51,618 nucleotides of DNA from Nitrospirota bacterium (GTDB lineage: Bacteria; Nitrospirota; Thermodesulfovibrionia; UBA6902), in NCBI GenBank assembly GCA_003354025.1, contig PIVU01000003.1, positions 1-51,618 on the forward strand, given 5' to 3'. The position numbers and the translations under genes are program-made. The notes below the pieces were generated by a model, which ran no database searches, was not told the origin of the DNA, and saw only the letters and a list, made by a program, of their open reading frames with translations. Positions 38,026 to 47,256 of the stretch are shown one piece after another. Each line of letters starts with the position of its first letter. Position 1 is the stretch's first letter.

Positions 38026-38115
38026 AGGGTTCAAGGATTCCAGGGTTCAAGGGTTCTAGGGTAACGTAAAGAGACGTCAGCCTTCACTAGAACCCTCGAA
38101 CCCTTGGATCCTCGG
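38026..38115. repeat. Long imperfect inverted repeat (REP/MITE-like or structured RNA) in the hisC-tyrA spacer
   Basis: Left arm ...aggattccagggttcaagggttctag (ends 38059). Right arm ctagaaccctcgaacccttggatcct... (starts 38087). The core 18 nt match with one mismatch, and the outer 10 nt match 7/10. The left arm also contains a tandem agggttcaagg unit. Confidence 0.6.
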
Positions 38116-38131
38116 CCCCTACAGTATCATT

Positions 38132-38986
38132 ATGGATTTTAAAAAAATAACAATTATAGGTGTCGGACTAATCGGCAGTTCTCTTGCATTGGCGCTCAGA
38201 AAAAAAGGGTACAAAGGCAGAATTACTGGCCTGGGCAGAAGTGAAGAAACCCTAAAAATGGCCTTGGAGCTAGAGATTATAGATGACTACTCTACCGTTC
38301 ATACCGAAGGGGTAAAGGATGCCGACCTGGTTGTGCTTGCTTCTTCTGTAGCTTTATATGAGCAGATTGTAAATAACATCAAAGACCATTTGAAAGAAGG
38401 GGCTATCGTAACCGATGTCGGCAGTGTAAAAGGCGATGTTCTTAGAACTCTGACACCGCTTATGCCTGAAAATGTCAGATTCATAGCAGGACACCCCATC
38501 GCAGGCAGAGAGTGCTCCGGAGTGAAATGTGCAACGGACGATCTGTTTGAAAATGCAAAATGCATACTCACTCCTGATGCAGGTACGGACGAAACCGCTC
38601 TGCGTCAGATCAAAGAGCTATGGGAACTGACCGGTGCACGGACAGTTATTATGTCCCCTGAAGAGCATGACCTGACTTTTGCTGCAGTAAGCCATCTGCC
38701 CCACATCGTTGCATACTCTCTGATCAACTCCATTCTGGATATTAACGGGGAGATATTAAGATATGGCGGCGGCGGTCTCAGGGACTTTACTAGAATTGCA
38801 TTAAGTTCCCCTGCGATGTGGCGGGACATCTGCGCGCATAACAGGGATGAAGTACTTAGGACATTGAAGACATTCTCATCCTCACTTTCCAGAATGATCA
38901 GCTTCGTTGAAGAGTCGGACTGGGCAAGTCTTGAAAAAGAATTCGCAAGGGCAAGAGAGGCACGTCAGCTCATTGAATCAAATTAG
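38132..38986 (+). CDS. tyrA: Prephenate dehydrogenase
   Basis: ITIIGVGLIGSSLALAL Rossmann N-terminus, HPIAG motif and SHLPH motif. Confidence 0.88.
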   Translation: MDFKKITIIGVGLIGSSLALALRKKGYKGRITGLGRSEETLKMALELEIIDDYSTVHTEGVKDADLVVLASSVALYEQIVNNIKDHLKEGAIVTDVGSVKGDVLRTLTPLMPENVRFIAGHPIAGRECSGVKCATDDLFENAKCILTPDAGTDETALRQIKELWELTGARTVIMSPEEHDLTFAAVSHLPHIVAYSLINSILDINGEILRYGGGGLRDFTRIALSSPAMWRDICAHNRDEVLRTLKTFSSSLSRMISFVEESDWASLEKEFARAREARQLIESN

Positions 38987-40292
38987 CATTACCAGCAGAG
39001 GCCCTTTACGCGGAGAGATTGTACCGCCTCCGGACAAATCAATTTCCCATCGTGCAATTATGTTTTCCTCTTTGGCCAGCGGAACAAGCGTTGTTAGAAA
39101 CTTTCTTCAGGCCGAGGATCCATTAAGGACTCTAGAAGCCTTCAGGCAGATGGGTGTGGAGATAGATGTTCTTAATGCCCCGCCCGGCAATGGTACATCA
39201 ATTAATAATGAAATAGTAATAAACTCAAAGGGGCTGAAGTCTTTTAAGAAACCCGATACCGAAATATATTGCGGAAATTCAGGGACTACCATGAGGCTGA
39301 TGACCGGATTGCTTGCAGCCCAGCCATTTAATACTACTCTTACCGGCGATGCTTCCTTATCGGGCAGACCCATGAAAAGAGTTATTAAGCCCCTTTCAGA
39401 AATGGGTGCGGTAATCAGATCAAGAGATGACGGATACCCTCCCCTTTCCATACAAGCCGGAAACCTTAAACCTATTACATACTCTCCCCCTGTTGCAAGC
39501 GCCCAGGTCAAATCATCGATAATTCTTGCAGGCCTTTATTGCAGCGGGACAACAACTGTAATTGAGCCAGGCAAGTCAAGGGACCATACAGAGCGTATGC
39601 TGAAATCAATCGGAGCTGACATTAAAGTAAACGGCCTGGAGGTCAGCATCTCAGGCGCAGACAGGCTATCACCTCTGGATATGACCGTTCCAGCCGACCT
39701 GTCATCAGCAGCATTCTTTATTGTAGCTGGCCTTATCGTCCCGGAGTCAGAGCTGCTGATACAAAATGTCGGCATGAACCCTACCCGGACAGGGATCATC
39801 GACATTCTTAAAAAAATGGGGGCAAATATTACGCTAGAAAACGAAACAGAAATATCAGGCGAACCTGTGGCCGATATTTATGTGAAGTACTCCCGACTTA
39901 ACAGCATAGATATAGACGGTGACATGATACTTAAAGCAATTGATGAATTCCCGATCCTGTGCATTGCAGCTGCTAAAGCGGAAGGCACAACCAGGATTAC
40001 CGGAGCAGGTGAGCTAAGAGTTAAAGAGTCCGACAGAATCGCGGCAATGGCAGCGGAACTGAAAAAAATGGACGTTTCCATAGAAGAGTTGAAAGACGGC
40101 CTGATTATTGAAGGAAAAGAGAATATGAAACCTGCCCGGGCAACAAGTTATGGAGACCACAGGATCGCCATGTCAATGATAATCGCCGGACTAACTATAA
40201 ATGATGAAACTGTTGTGTCCGAAGCAGATTGCGTAAACACATCATTTCCGGGTTTTATGGAGCTTATAAATAGCCTGTCAAATAATACTTAA
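38973..40292 (+). CDS. aroA: 3-phosphoshikimate 1-carboxyvinyltransferase (EPSP synthase)
   Basis: PPDKSISHRAIMF, LGNSGTTMRL-type CGNSGTTMRL, RVKESDRI and DHRIAMS motifs. The long ORF begins at 38907 inside tyrA. I place the start at TTG 38973 (NQISITSRGPLRG), overlapping the tyrA stop by 14 nt. Confidence 0.88.
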   Translation: MNQISITSRGPLRGEIVPPPDKSISHRAIMFSSLASGTSVVRNFLQAEDPLRTLEAFRQMGVEIDVLNAPPGNGTSINNEIVINSKGLKSFKKPDTEIYCGNSGTTMRLMTGLLAAQPFNTTLTGDASLSGRPMKRVIKPLSEMGAVIRSRDDGYPPLSIQAGNLKPITYSPPVASAQVKSSIILAGLYCSGTTTVIEPGKSRDHTERMLKSIGADIKVNGLEVSISGADRLSPLDMTVPADLSSAAFFIVAGLIVPESELLIQNVGMNPTRTGIIDILKKMGANITLENETEISGEPVADIYVKYSRLNSIDIDGDMILKAIDEFPILCIAAAKAEGTTRITGAGELRVKESDRIAAMAAELKKMDVSIEELKDGLIIEGKENMKPARATSYGDHRIAMSMIIAGLTINDETVVSEADCVNTSFPGFMELINSLSNNT

Positions 40293-40303
40293 ACGGAGCA
40301 CTA

Positions 40304-40954
40304 ATGAAAGACGTAATTACTATTGACGGACCATCAGGATCGGGCAAAGGAACAATATCAAAACTGGTGGCTAAAAAACTCGGCTACAGCTATCTTGACA
40401 CAGGCGCACTGTACAGGGCTGTGGCATGGAAAGCCCGTGAAGAAAATATATCCACCGACGATGACAAGGCCCTTGAGTTATTAACGGGAACCATTAGAAT
40501 CGAATTTAAAGAAGAAAAAATTTTTGCCGACGGCAATGACATTTCTTCAGCCATCAGAACAGCTGAAATCGGTGAAATGAGTTCCCGTGTATCTGCAAGG
40601 CCTGTTGTCAGGGCCGGCCTGTTCAATATACAGAGAGATATCTGCCTTAATGGGAAAGTTGTTATTGAAGGAAGAGATGCAGGCACAACCATAGTCCCTG
40701 AATCGGAAAACAAGTTCTTTCTTGATGCAAACGTTGAAGAGAGAGCAAGACGGAGGTTTGAGGAACTGAAGCTTAAAGATCCGGACATTATTCTTGAAAC
40801 CACCATTGAAGATATTAAAAAAAGGGACTTAAGGGACTCATCAAGGGGAACCTCCCCTCTTCAGAAAACAGATGATATGATTCATATAGATTCAACAAGT
40901 ATGACAATTGAAGAAGTTGTCAATGAAATAGTAAGGAGTTTGAAGCACCCGTAA
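40304..40954 (+). CDS. cmk: Cytidylate kinase
   Basis: ITIDGPSGSGKGT P-loop and DTGALYRAVA. Confidence 0.92.
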   Translation: MKDVITIDGPSGSGKGTISKLVAKKLGYSYLDTGALYRAVAWKAREENISTDDDKALELLTGTIRIEFKEEKIFADGNDISSAIRTAEIGEMSSRVSARPVVRAGLFNIQRDICLNGKVVIEGRDAGTTIVPESENKFFLDANVEERARRRFEELKLKDPDIILETTIEDIKKRDLRDSSRGTSPLQKTDDMIHIDSTSMTIEEVVNEIVRSLKHP

Positions 40955-40960
40955 GTATTG

Positions 40961-41611
40961 ATGAAAGATTTCTTTTTTAACATTATCTACAAACTTGTCG
41001 CCGTTGCCTTACGGATTACCTTCCGATTCAATGGAGGGCTTGAAGTTATCGGGAAAGATAACATTCCGTCCAGTGGAGGCGTCATAATAGCCCCGAACCA
41101 TATCAGCTACCTTGATCCTCCTATTATCGGAGCCGTTCTGCCCAGAAACGGGAATTTCATGGCTAAAAAGGGGCTTTTTGACGTCCCGGTCCTTAGGTGG
41201 ATGATAAAAGGGGCAGCATTTCCCGTAGACAGGAACAATCCACGCCCTTCTACTATCAAAGAAGCAGTAAAAAGACTAAAAAAAGGACAAGTTGTCATTA
41301 TGTTTCCAGAAGGCCACCGAAATGACACTGGTGAGCTTATGGATGCAAAGAGGGGAATCGGCATGATAGCGAGTCTGAGCCGGGCCACAATCATTCCTGC
41401 ATTTATTCAAGGAACCAACAAAGCTCTGCCTCCCAAGACTAAGTGCTTGAAAAGAGCAAAAATATTGGTAGTATTTGGCAGGCCAATATATTATAATTTC
41501 ACTAAAGACGGCAAAAAACAGCGTAACAATGAGCTGCAGGAAGATATAAGCAACAAAATCATGTCTTCCATTAAGGAATTAAAAGAGGAATATGGAAATA
41601 ACAGTTGCTAA
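40961..41611 (+). CDS. plsC: 1-acyl-sn-glycerol-3-phosphate acyltransferase
   Basis: APNHISYLDPP (HxxxxD) and FPEGHR motifs. Confidence 0.85.
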   Translation: MKDFFFNIIYKLVAVALRITFRFNGGLEVIGKDNIPSSGGVIIAPNHISYLDPPIIGAVLPRNGNFMAKKGLFDVPVLRWMIKGAAFPVDRNNPRPSTIKEAVKRLKKGQVVIMFPEGHRNDTGELMDAKRGIGMIASLSRATIIPAFIQGTNKALPPKTKCLKRAKILVVFGRPIYYNFTKDGKKQRNNELQEDISNKIMSSIKELKEEYGNNSC

Positions 41612-42431
41612 AATGGCAGGTTTCTGTTTTGGAGTAAAACGGGCTCTGGATATAACATTTGACCTGGCAAAAAATAGCCAGGAGCGAATCTATACTTACG
41701 GCCCCCTGATTCATAATCCACAGGTTGTTGAAAATCTAAAGAACGAAGGCGTTGATACAGTTGACAGCCTGGACTCCCCGGATATCAATACTATTATTAT
41801 TAGAACTCATGGCGTATCACCGAAAGTTTATGTAGAAACATCAAAAATGGGGTATAATGTTATTGATGCGACCTGTCCTTTTGTTAAAAAGGCCCAGAAA
41901 TTTACGCAGGAATTAAAGGAAAAAGGGTATCAGGTCATAATAATAGGCGACCGTCATCACCCTGAAGTGCAGGGCCTGATAGGTTTTGCCGGATCTGATG
42001 TTGTAGTTGTTGATGATACTGATCAATTGCCTCCCCTGAAGAACAAAGTGGGAATCATTGTTCAAACTACCCAGGCATTTGAAACTTTTGAAAGAATAGT
42101 ATCACATATTTTACGATATACCCGGGAAGTTAAAATCTACAACACTATTTGTGATTCGACCTCCCAGAGAGTAGGCGAAACAAAAGAGCTTGCTCAAAAA
42201 GTTGACTTGATGATCATAGTGGGGGGCAAGAACAGCGCTAACACAAATCAGCTTGCAAAACTGTCAAAAGACGTTTGTGCTAAAGTATATCATATAGAAA
42301 CCTCGGATGAACTCGATGAAACCTGGTTTCATAATGTAACTAATGTTGGAATTACCGGCGGAGCTTCAACTCCGCAGTGGATAATTGATGCAGTAGAGTA
42401 TAAAATTAAAGAAATTTCTGTTAGGAGGTAA
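41592..42431 (+). CDS. ispH: 4-hydroxy-3-methylbut-2-enyl diphosphate reductase
   Basis: AGFCFGVKRAL, IHNPQVV, DATCPFV and SANTNQL motifs. Confidence 0.92.
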   Translation: MEITVAKMAGFCFGVKRALDITFDLAKNSQERIYTYGPLIHNPQVVENLKNEGVDTVDSLDSPDINTIIIRTHGVSPKVYVETSKMGYNVIDATCPFVKKAQKFTQELKEKGYQVIIIGDRHHPEVQGLIGFAGSDVVVVDDTDQLPPLKNKVGIIVQTTQAFETFERIVSHILRYTREVKIYNTICDSTSQRVGETKELAQKVDLMIIVGGKNSANTNQLAKLSKDVCAKVYHIETSDELDETWFHNVTNVGITGGASTPQWIIDAVEYKIKEISVRR

Positions 42432-42444
42432 TACATAAATTATT

Positions 42445-44016
42445 ATGGAATTACAAATGAGTGATCTAGACAAACTATACGCCGATTCTTTCAGGGGACT
42501 GAAACCCGGCATAATAACCAAGGGCACGGTTATGCAAATAAGCAAGGATGGCGTCATTGTTGACGTTGGATCCAAAAGTGAAGGATTCATCCCTGTCTCA
42601 GAACTGGTGGAAGATGAAAATATGAATCCCGGAGATGAAGTCGAAGTCTTCATTGAAAGACTAAGTGATGCCCACGGTTTTGTAAAGCTATCGAGACAGA
42701 AAGCAGAAGGAGTTAAAACCTGGGACATGATGGAATCAGCTTTCAATGAAAGCCAGACTGTCGACGGTAAAATCACAGGCAAAGTCAAAGGCGGAATGAC
42801 CGTTAACATCGGCGGCATCAGTGCTTTCTTACCTGGTTCTCAAATAGATTTAAAAGCACCAAAGAATACTGACAGCCTCATTGGCCAGACATACACGTTT
42901 AAAATCCTCAACCTGAACCACAAAGGATCAAATATCATCGTTTCAAGACGTGTCCTGCTTGAAGAAGAGCGCAGCAAGCTGAGAGAGCAGACTCTTCTTA
43001 AGCTCCAGGAGGGCTCAGTAATCGAAGGTACTGTAAAAAACCTGACCGACTACGGAGTATTTGTTGACCTAGGCGGGCTGGACGGACTTCTTCATATATC
43101 AGATATGTCCTGGGGCAGAATAAGCCACCCCGGAGAACTGTTCAGCATCGGAGACAAGATAGAAGTGATTGTCCTGACCTACAACAAGGAAACAACTAAG
43201 GTCACCCTCGGCTACAAACAGAAAAAACCCGACCCATGGACAACGGTAGAGGAGAAATATCCTGCCGGACAAAAAGTTGTCGGAAAAGTCATAAATACTA
43301 CAGACTACGGTGTATTCATAGAGCTGGAAGAAGGAGTTGAAGGCCTTATCCATGTAACCGAACTGGACTGGGTTGAAAAATCAATTAAGCCTTCAAAATA
43401 TTATTCTATCGGTGATCAGCTTGAAGCTGCAGTTCTGAAAGTAAGCAAGGATGATAAAAAAATATCATTAAGCATAAAACTGCTCAAACCAAATCCCTGG
43501 AAAACAGTTAAAGAAAAGTACGCTGTCGGACAGAAAATTACCGGAAAAGTAAAGAGTTTTGCAGACTTCGGTGCATTTATAAGTCTTGATGAGGGCATTG
43601 ATGCACTGCTTCACATTTCTGACATGTCATGGGTAAAGCGTGTACGGCACCCGTCGGACATTCTCAAGAAGGCACAGGAGATTGAAGTTATAATACTTAG
43701 CATAGAGCCTGACAAGGAAAGAATATCTGTTGGCCTGAAAGAACTGACTCCCGATCCATGGATAAGTGATATTCCATCTAAATATGCTTTAGGAGATACT
43801 ATAAGCGGTAAAATAGTAAGCATCGCTGACTTCGGACTGTTCGTAGAGCTTGAAGACGGCGTAGAAGGACTGCTCCACGTATCCGAAGTAGAGAAAAAGC
43901 ATGACGAAAAACTGGAAGACCTTTTCACTGCCGGGGATGAATTATCTGCCAGGATAATTAACGTTAATCCGGAAGAAAGAAAAATAGATCTCAGTTTAAA
44001 GACAATGATAGGCTAA
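42445..44016 (+). CDS. rpsA: 30S ribosomal protein S1 (six S1 domains)
   Basis: Repeated G..V.G.V......G.FV.L...GL.H.S motifs, 523 aa. Sits in the cmk...rpsA-ihfB order. Confidence 0.93.
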   Translation: MELQMSDLDKLYADSFRGLKPGIITKGTVMQISKDGVIVDVGSKSEGFIPVSELVEDENMNPGDEVEVFIERLSDAHGFVKLSRQKAEGVKTWDMMESAFNESQTVDGKITGKVKGGMTVNIGGISAFLPGSQIDLKAPKNTDSLIGQTYTFKILNLNHKGSNIIVSRRVLLEEERSKLREQTLLKLQEGSVIEGTVKNLTDYGVFVDLGGLDGLLHISDMSWGRISHPGELFSIGDKIEVIVLTYNKETTKVTLGYKQKKPDPWTTVEEKYPAGQKVVGKVINTTDYGVFIELEEGVEGLIHVTELDWVEKSIKPSKYYSIGDQLEAAVLKVSKDDKKISLSIKLLKPNPWKTVKEKYAVGQKITGKVKSFADFGAFISLDEGIDALLHISDMSWVKRVRHPSDILKKAQEIEVIILSIEPDKERISVGLKELTPDPWISDIPSKYALGDTISGKIVSIADFGLFVELEDGVEGLLHVSEVEKKHDEKLEDLFTAGDELSARIINVNPEERKIDLSLKTMIG

Positions 44017-44070
44017 TGCGTTACCTTACTAGCAGTATAAAATTGCTATTCCTTATAGTGAGCTATTAAA

Positions 44071-44919
44071 TTGAAAAAGGTCCTGATTTTCTTTGTAATT
44101 GTTTTTGTTGTTATAGCACTACTCAGTCTTGTTGTGACATTTTCGGATAAAATGCCCCTTGGAGAGAAAGTTGCTCTTGTGCGTGTCGCAGGCGTTATTG
44201 TTGATTCCACAAGTACCGTTGATGAGTTAAAGGAGTATTCCAAAGACAGCTCCATCAAAGCAATTGTTCTCAGAATAGACAGTCCCGGAGGTGCAGTTGC
44301 TCCCTCACAGGAAATATACAGCGAAATAATCAAGATCAAAGAAAAGAAGATAGTAGTTGTTTCAATGGGCTCCGTTGCTGCCTCAGGAGGTTATTATATT
44401 GCAGCGCCTGCTGACAAAATAGTAGCCAATGCCGGGACACTGACCGGTTCAATAGGTGTTATAATGGAAATACCGAACGTTCAGGGACTGATGGAAAAGA
44501 TTGGAGTAAAAGCACAAGTAATAAAAAGCGGGAAACATAAGGACATAGCATCTGCATACAAAACTATGAGCCCCGAAGAGAAAGCAATACTTCAGGAAGT
44601 TCTGGATGACGTTCATGATCAGTTCATCAGGGCAGTAGCCGATGCCAGGGGGCTAGAGTTTGATGAGTTAAAAAAGCTGGCTGACGGACGTATTTTCTCC
44701 GGTAGGATGGCAAAGGAAATCGGCCTTGTTGACGAGATCGGCACCCTGCAGGATGCTATAATGTTAGCAGGAGAATTAACCGGAATAGAAGGAGAGCCCG
44801 AGGTTGTAACAAAAAAGGAAAAGTTTGGCATTTTAGACTATATTAAAGGGGAACTCCCGGATAGGTTGATAGGAAATGCATTTTCAGGTATTCAGTTGAA
44901 ATATTTATTTACTTTTTAA
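44071..44919 (+). CDS. sppA: Signal peptide peptidase SppA, 36K type
   Basis: N-terminal anchor, IDSPGG, SMGSVAASGGYYIA (catalytic Ser) and KSGKHKD (Lys). TTG start. Confidence 0.85.
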   Translation: MKKVLIFFVIVFVVIALLSLVVTFSDKMPLGEKVALVRVAGVIVDSTSTVDELKEYSKDSSIKAIVLRIDSPGGAVAPSQEIYSEIIKIKEKKIVVVSMGSVAASGGYYIAAPADKIVANAGTLTGSIGVIMEIPNVQGLMEKIGVKAQVIKSGKHKDIASAYKTMSPEEKAILQEVLDDVHDQFIRAVADARGLEFDELKKLADGRIFSGRMAKEIGLVDEIGTLQDAIMLAGELTGIEGEPEVVTKKEKFGILDYIKGELPDRLIGNAFSGIQLKYLFTF

Positions 44920-44984
44920 ATAAAAGACATATATTTTATAAATAGACATTAAATCCAAAACTCAATATCTCTAAGGAGGGAAAT

Positions 44985-45269
44985 ATGACAAAATCTGTTC
45001 TTATTGAAAAAATATCAGAAAAAGTTGAAGGTCTCTCAAAAAAGCAGACAGAAGTAGTAGTAGAAACTCTGTTTGACAGCATTAAGGACGCTCTTGCAAA
45101 GGGAGGAAAGGTCGAGATAAGAGGATTCGGCAATTTCAAACTCCGCAATCGTAATGCAAGAAAGGCAAGAAATCCAAAGACCGGAGAAGCAGTTGAAGTT
45201 CCACCAAAGAAGGTTCCTTACTTCAAGGTCGGTAAAGAACTGCGCGAGATGGTAAACAGGACTACATAG
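44985..45269 (+). CDS. ihfB: HU/IHF-family DNA-binding protein, IHF-beta-like
   Basis: MTKSVLIEKI...VEIRGFGNFKLRNRNARKARNPKTGEAVEVPPKKVPYFKVGKELR. Positioned after rpsA. Confidence 0.85.
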   Translation: MTKSVLIEKISEKVEGLSKKQTEVVVETLFDSIKDALAKGGKVEIRGFGNFKLRNRNARKARNPKTGEAVEVPPKKVPYFKVGKELREMVNRTT

Positions 45270-45283
45270 TTCCTGTTTTTTTT
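45254..45283 (+). terminator. Rho-independent terminator overlapping the ihfB stop
   Basis: aaacagga-ctacatagt-tcctgttt followed by a run of T (T-run ends at 45283). Confidence 0.6.
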
Positions 45284-45323
45284 ACATTAACAGTAGGCAG
45301 TGGACAAACATGCTGTTTACAAG

Positions 45324-45352
45324 TTGAAACGTAGTCAGGATTTGCATATAAT
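45324..45352 (+). promoter_or_regulatory. Near-consensus sigma70-type promoter
   Basis: TTGAAA (45324-45329), an exact 17-nt spacer, then TATAAT (45347-45352). Predicts a leader of roughly 140 nt before cobA/hemD. Confidence 0.6.
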
Positions 45353-45501
45353 ATTTCTGCGGCATTTCATAGCATCCTAAACGCTTGGTGTGTCATCTAT
45401 TGATTTACGTATTCTGCTGATCTGAAGTATACCATTATTGAATTTCTGTTCTTCACTCTTCAATAGATTAAGACTGGATAAGTCAGGATCCTTATTTAAT
45501 T

Positions 45502-47043
45502 ATGAAAAAAGGTAAAGTTTACATAGTTGGTGCAGGCCCTGGAGATATAGGACTGCTGACAATCAAAGGTCTCAAGTGCCTTCAGAGGGCTGAAGTAGTG
45601 GTTTATGATTTTCACCTGAACGCACAGGTCCTCAATTATGTCAGCCACGATGCCGAGTTTATTTATGCCGGCAAACGGGGCGGCAAACATGATATGACCC
45701 AGGACAACATCAATGCGACCCTGGTGAAAAAGGCTAAGGAAGGCAAGCTTATATGCCGTCTTAAAGGCGGAGATCCCTTTGTTTTTGGACGTGGTGGAGA
45801 AGAAGCCGAGGTGCTGGTTGACGAGGGAATAGAGTTTGAAGTCGTGCCGGGAATCAGTTCATCGGTATCAGCGCCGGCATACGCCGGAATCCCGCTCACC
45901 CACCGCTCATATTCATCTTCACTGGCCGTTGTCCCGGGCTATGAAGATGTGACTAAGAAAGAAAGCTCAATTGACTGGTCACGGCTTGCTACCGGAGTCG
46001 GGACTATAGTTTTTCTTATGGCTGTTAAGAATATCGGTGAAGTCTGTAAAAAACTTATAGAAAACGGCAGAAGCGCTGACACTCCTGTTGCTGTTGTTCG
46101 CTGGGGAACAAGAGCAGACCAGACTACTCTAGTAGGGAAATTAAATACTATCCACGATCTTGTAAAGGCAAATGAGATAAAACCTCCCGCAGTTATGGTA
46201 GTTGGTGATGTTGTAAAACTCAGAGAAAAGCTTAAATGGATTGAAAAAAAGCCTCTTTTCGGACAAAGGGTCCTTGTAACAAGAGAACACACAATAGGGT
46301 TTGAACCACTGGATGACCTTGGGGCTGAAATTATTGAATTTCATACAATTCAGATCGTACCGCCCGATGACTGGTCCGAACTTGATCAGGCAATAGAAAA
46401 AATAGATACATATAACTGGCTAATCCTTACCAGTGTTAACGGTGTTAAGTTCTTTTTCCGGAGACTAATAGAGCGTGACACTGACATCCGTGATTTAAAG
46501 GGAGTAAAGATATGTGCCGTTGGTTCTAAAACCGCTGAAGCAATTAAAAAGTATGGTATAAAAGTTGACCTGGTTCCAAAGCAGTTTAATGCTGAAGGTC
46601 TGATTGACGCCTTTGTAGAGGAACATGGAATTCAAAACAAAGAGCGAGGACTTGAAGGCATAAAATTATTACTTCCCAGAGCAGAAATTGCGAGAGAAGT
46701 TTTCCCTGATAAAGTAAGGGAACTGGGAGGAGAAATTGATGTCTTTACCGCCTATAAGTTAATAAAACCTGAAGTCCATGGAAAAAGGATGAAGCGTTTT
46801 CTGAAAGAGGGGAAGATATCCATAGCCACCTTTACCAGTGCAGCAACCTTCAATAACTTTATGGATATCATGGGAGAAGATGCCCTTGGTCTTCTTAAAG
46901 ATGTGGCCATAGCAGCAATAGGCCCTGTAACAGCAAAAGCAGTTGAAAAAGCCGGGTTGAAGGTAAACATAATGCCTAAGCAAGCAACTGTAGATGCAAT
47001 GGTTGAAGAAATAAAGCAGTGGGTTGTTAAAAGCCGCAACTAA
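45502..47043 (+). CDS. cobA/hemD: Fused uroporphyrinogen-III C-methyltransferase (CobA/SUMT) and uroporphyrinogen-III synthase (HemD)
   Basis: N-terminal VYIVGAGPGDIGLLTIKG...GGDPFVFGRGGEE...VPGISS. C-terminal half from GQRVLVTRE with a HemD-like duplicated fold (ILTSVNGV..., IATFTSAATF...). Confidence 0.85.
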   Translation: MKKGKVYIVGAGPGDIGLLTIKGLKCLQRAEVVVYDFHLNAQVLNYVSHDAEFIYAGKRGGKHDMTQDNINATLVKKAKEGKLICRLKGGDPFVFGRGGEEAEVLVDEGIEFEVVPGISSSVSAPAYAGIPLTHRSYSSSLAVVPGYEDVTKKESSIDWSRLATGVGTIVFLMAVKNIGEVCKKLIENGRSADTPVAVVRWGTRADQTTLVGKLNTIHDLVKANEIKPPAVMVVGDVVKLREKLKWIEKKPLFGQRVLVTREHTIGFEPLDDLGAEIIEFHTIQIVPPDDWSELDQAIEKIDTYNWLILTSVNGVKFFFRRLIERDTDIRDLKGVKICAVGSKTAEAIKKYGIKVDLVPKQFNAEGLIDAFVEEHGIQNKERGLEGIKLLLPRAEIAREVFPDKVRELGGEIDVFTAYKLIKPEVHGKRMKRFLKEGKISIATFTSAATFNNFMDIMGEDALGLLKDVAIAAIGPVTAKAVEKAGLKVNIMPKQATVDAMVEEIKQWVVKSRN

Positions 47044-47240
47044 TATCCAACACACCTTATTTTGTTCATTTACATTGCCACACTTTGATAGAAGTACGCT
47101 GTACCGGGATCAATATCAGCCTATGATCATCACAAAGACATTATCATGCACAATATGTAATTTACCTGCAGTTGCAATTCACAAACTTGTTTGTTTTCCA
47201 AAAAAAACCCTAATTTTTTTCTTAAAAAATGAAAACTTAA

Positions 47241-47249
47241 TGGTATAAT
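47241..47249 (+). promoter_or_regulatory. Extended -10 element (TGnTATAAT) abutting the rnr start codon
   Basis: tggtataat at 47241-47249. The ATG of rnr is at 47257, and no Shine-Dalgarno sequence lies between (tttcccct). Confidence 0.4.
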
Positions 47250-47256
47250 TTCCCCT

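Noticed and set aside
38026-38060. tRNA T-arm-like ggttcaagg motifs suggesting a tRNA or tRNA fragment
   Set aside because: No acceptor, D or anticodon arms can be drawn. The motif is part of the long inverted repeat instead.
45353-45501. Cobalamin riboswitch in the leader of cobA/hemD
   Set aside because: I could not find a B12-box-like GCCACTG core or the conserved GC-rich helices. The leader is AT-rich. An Infernal scan is needed to be certain.
47024-47248. 74-aa plus-strand ORF between cobA/hemD and rnr
   Set aside because: It overlaps the cobA/hemD stop and runs through the rnr promoter-like sequence. No RBS and no recognisable domain.
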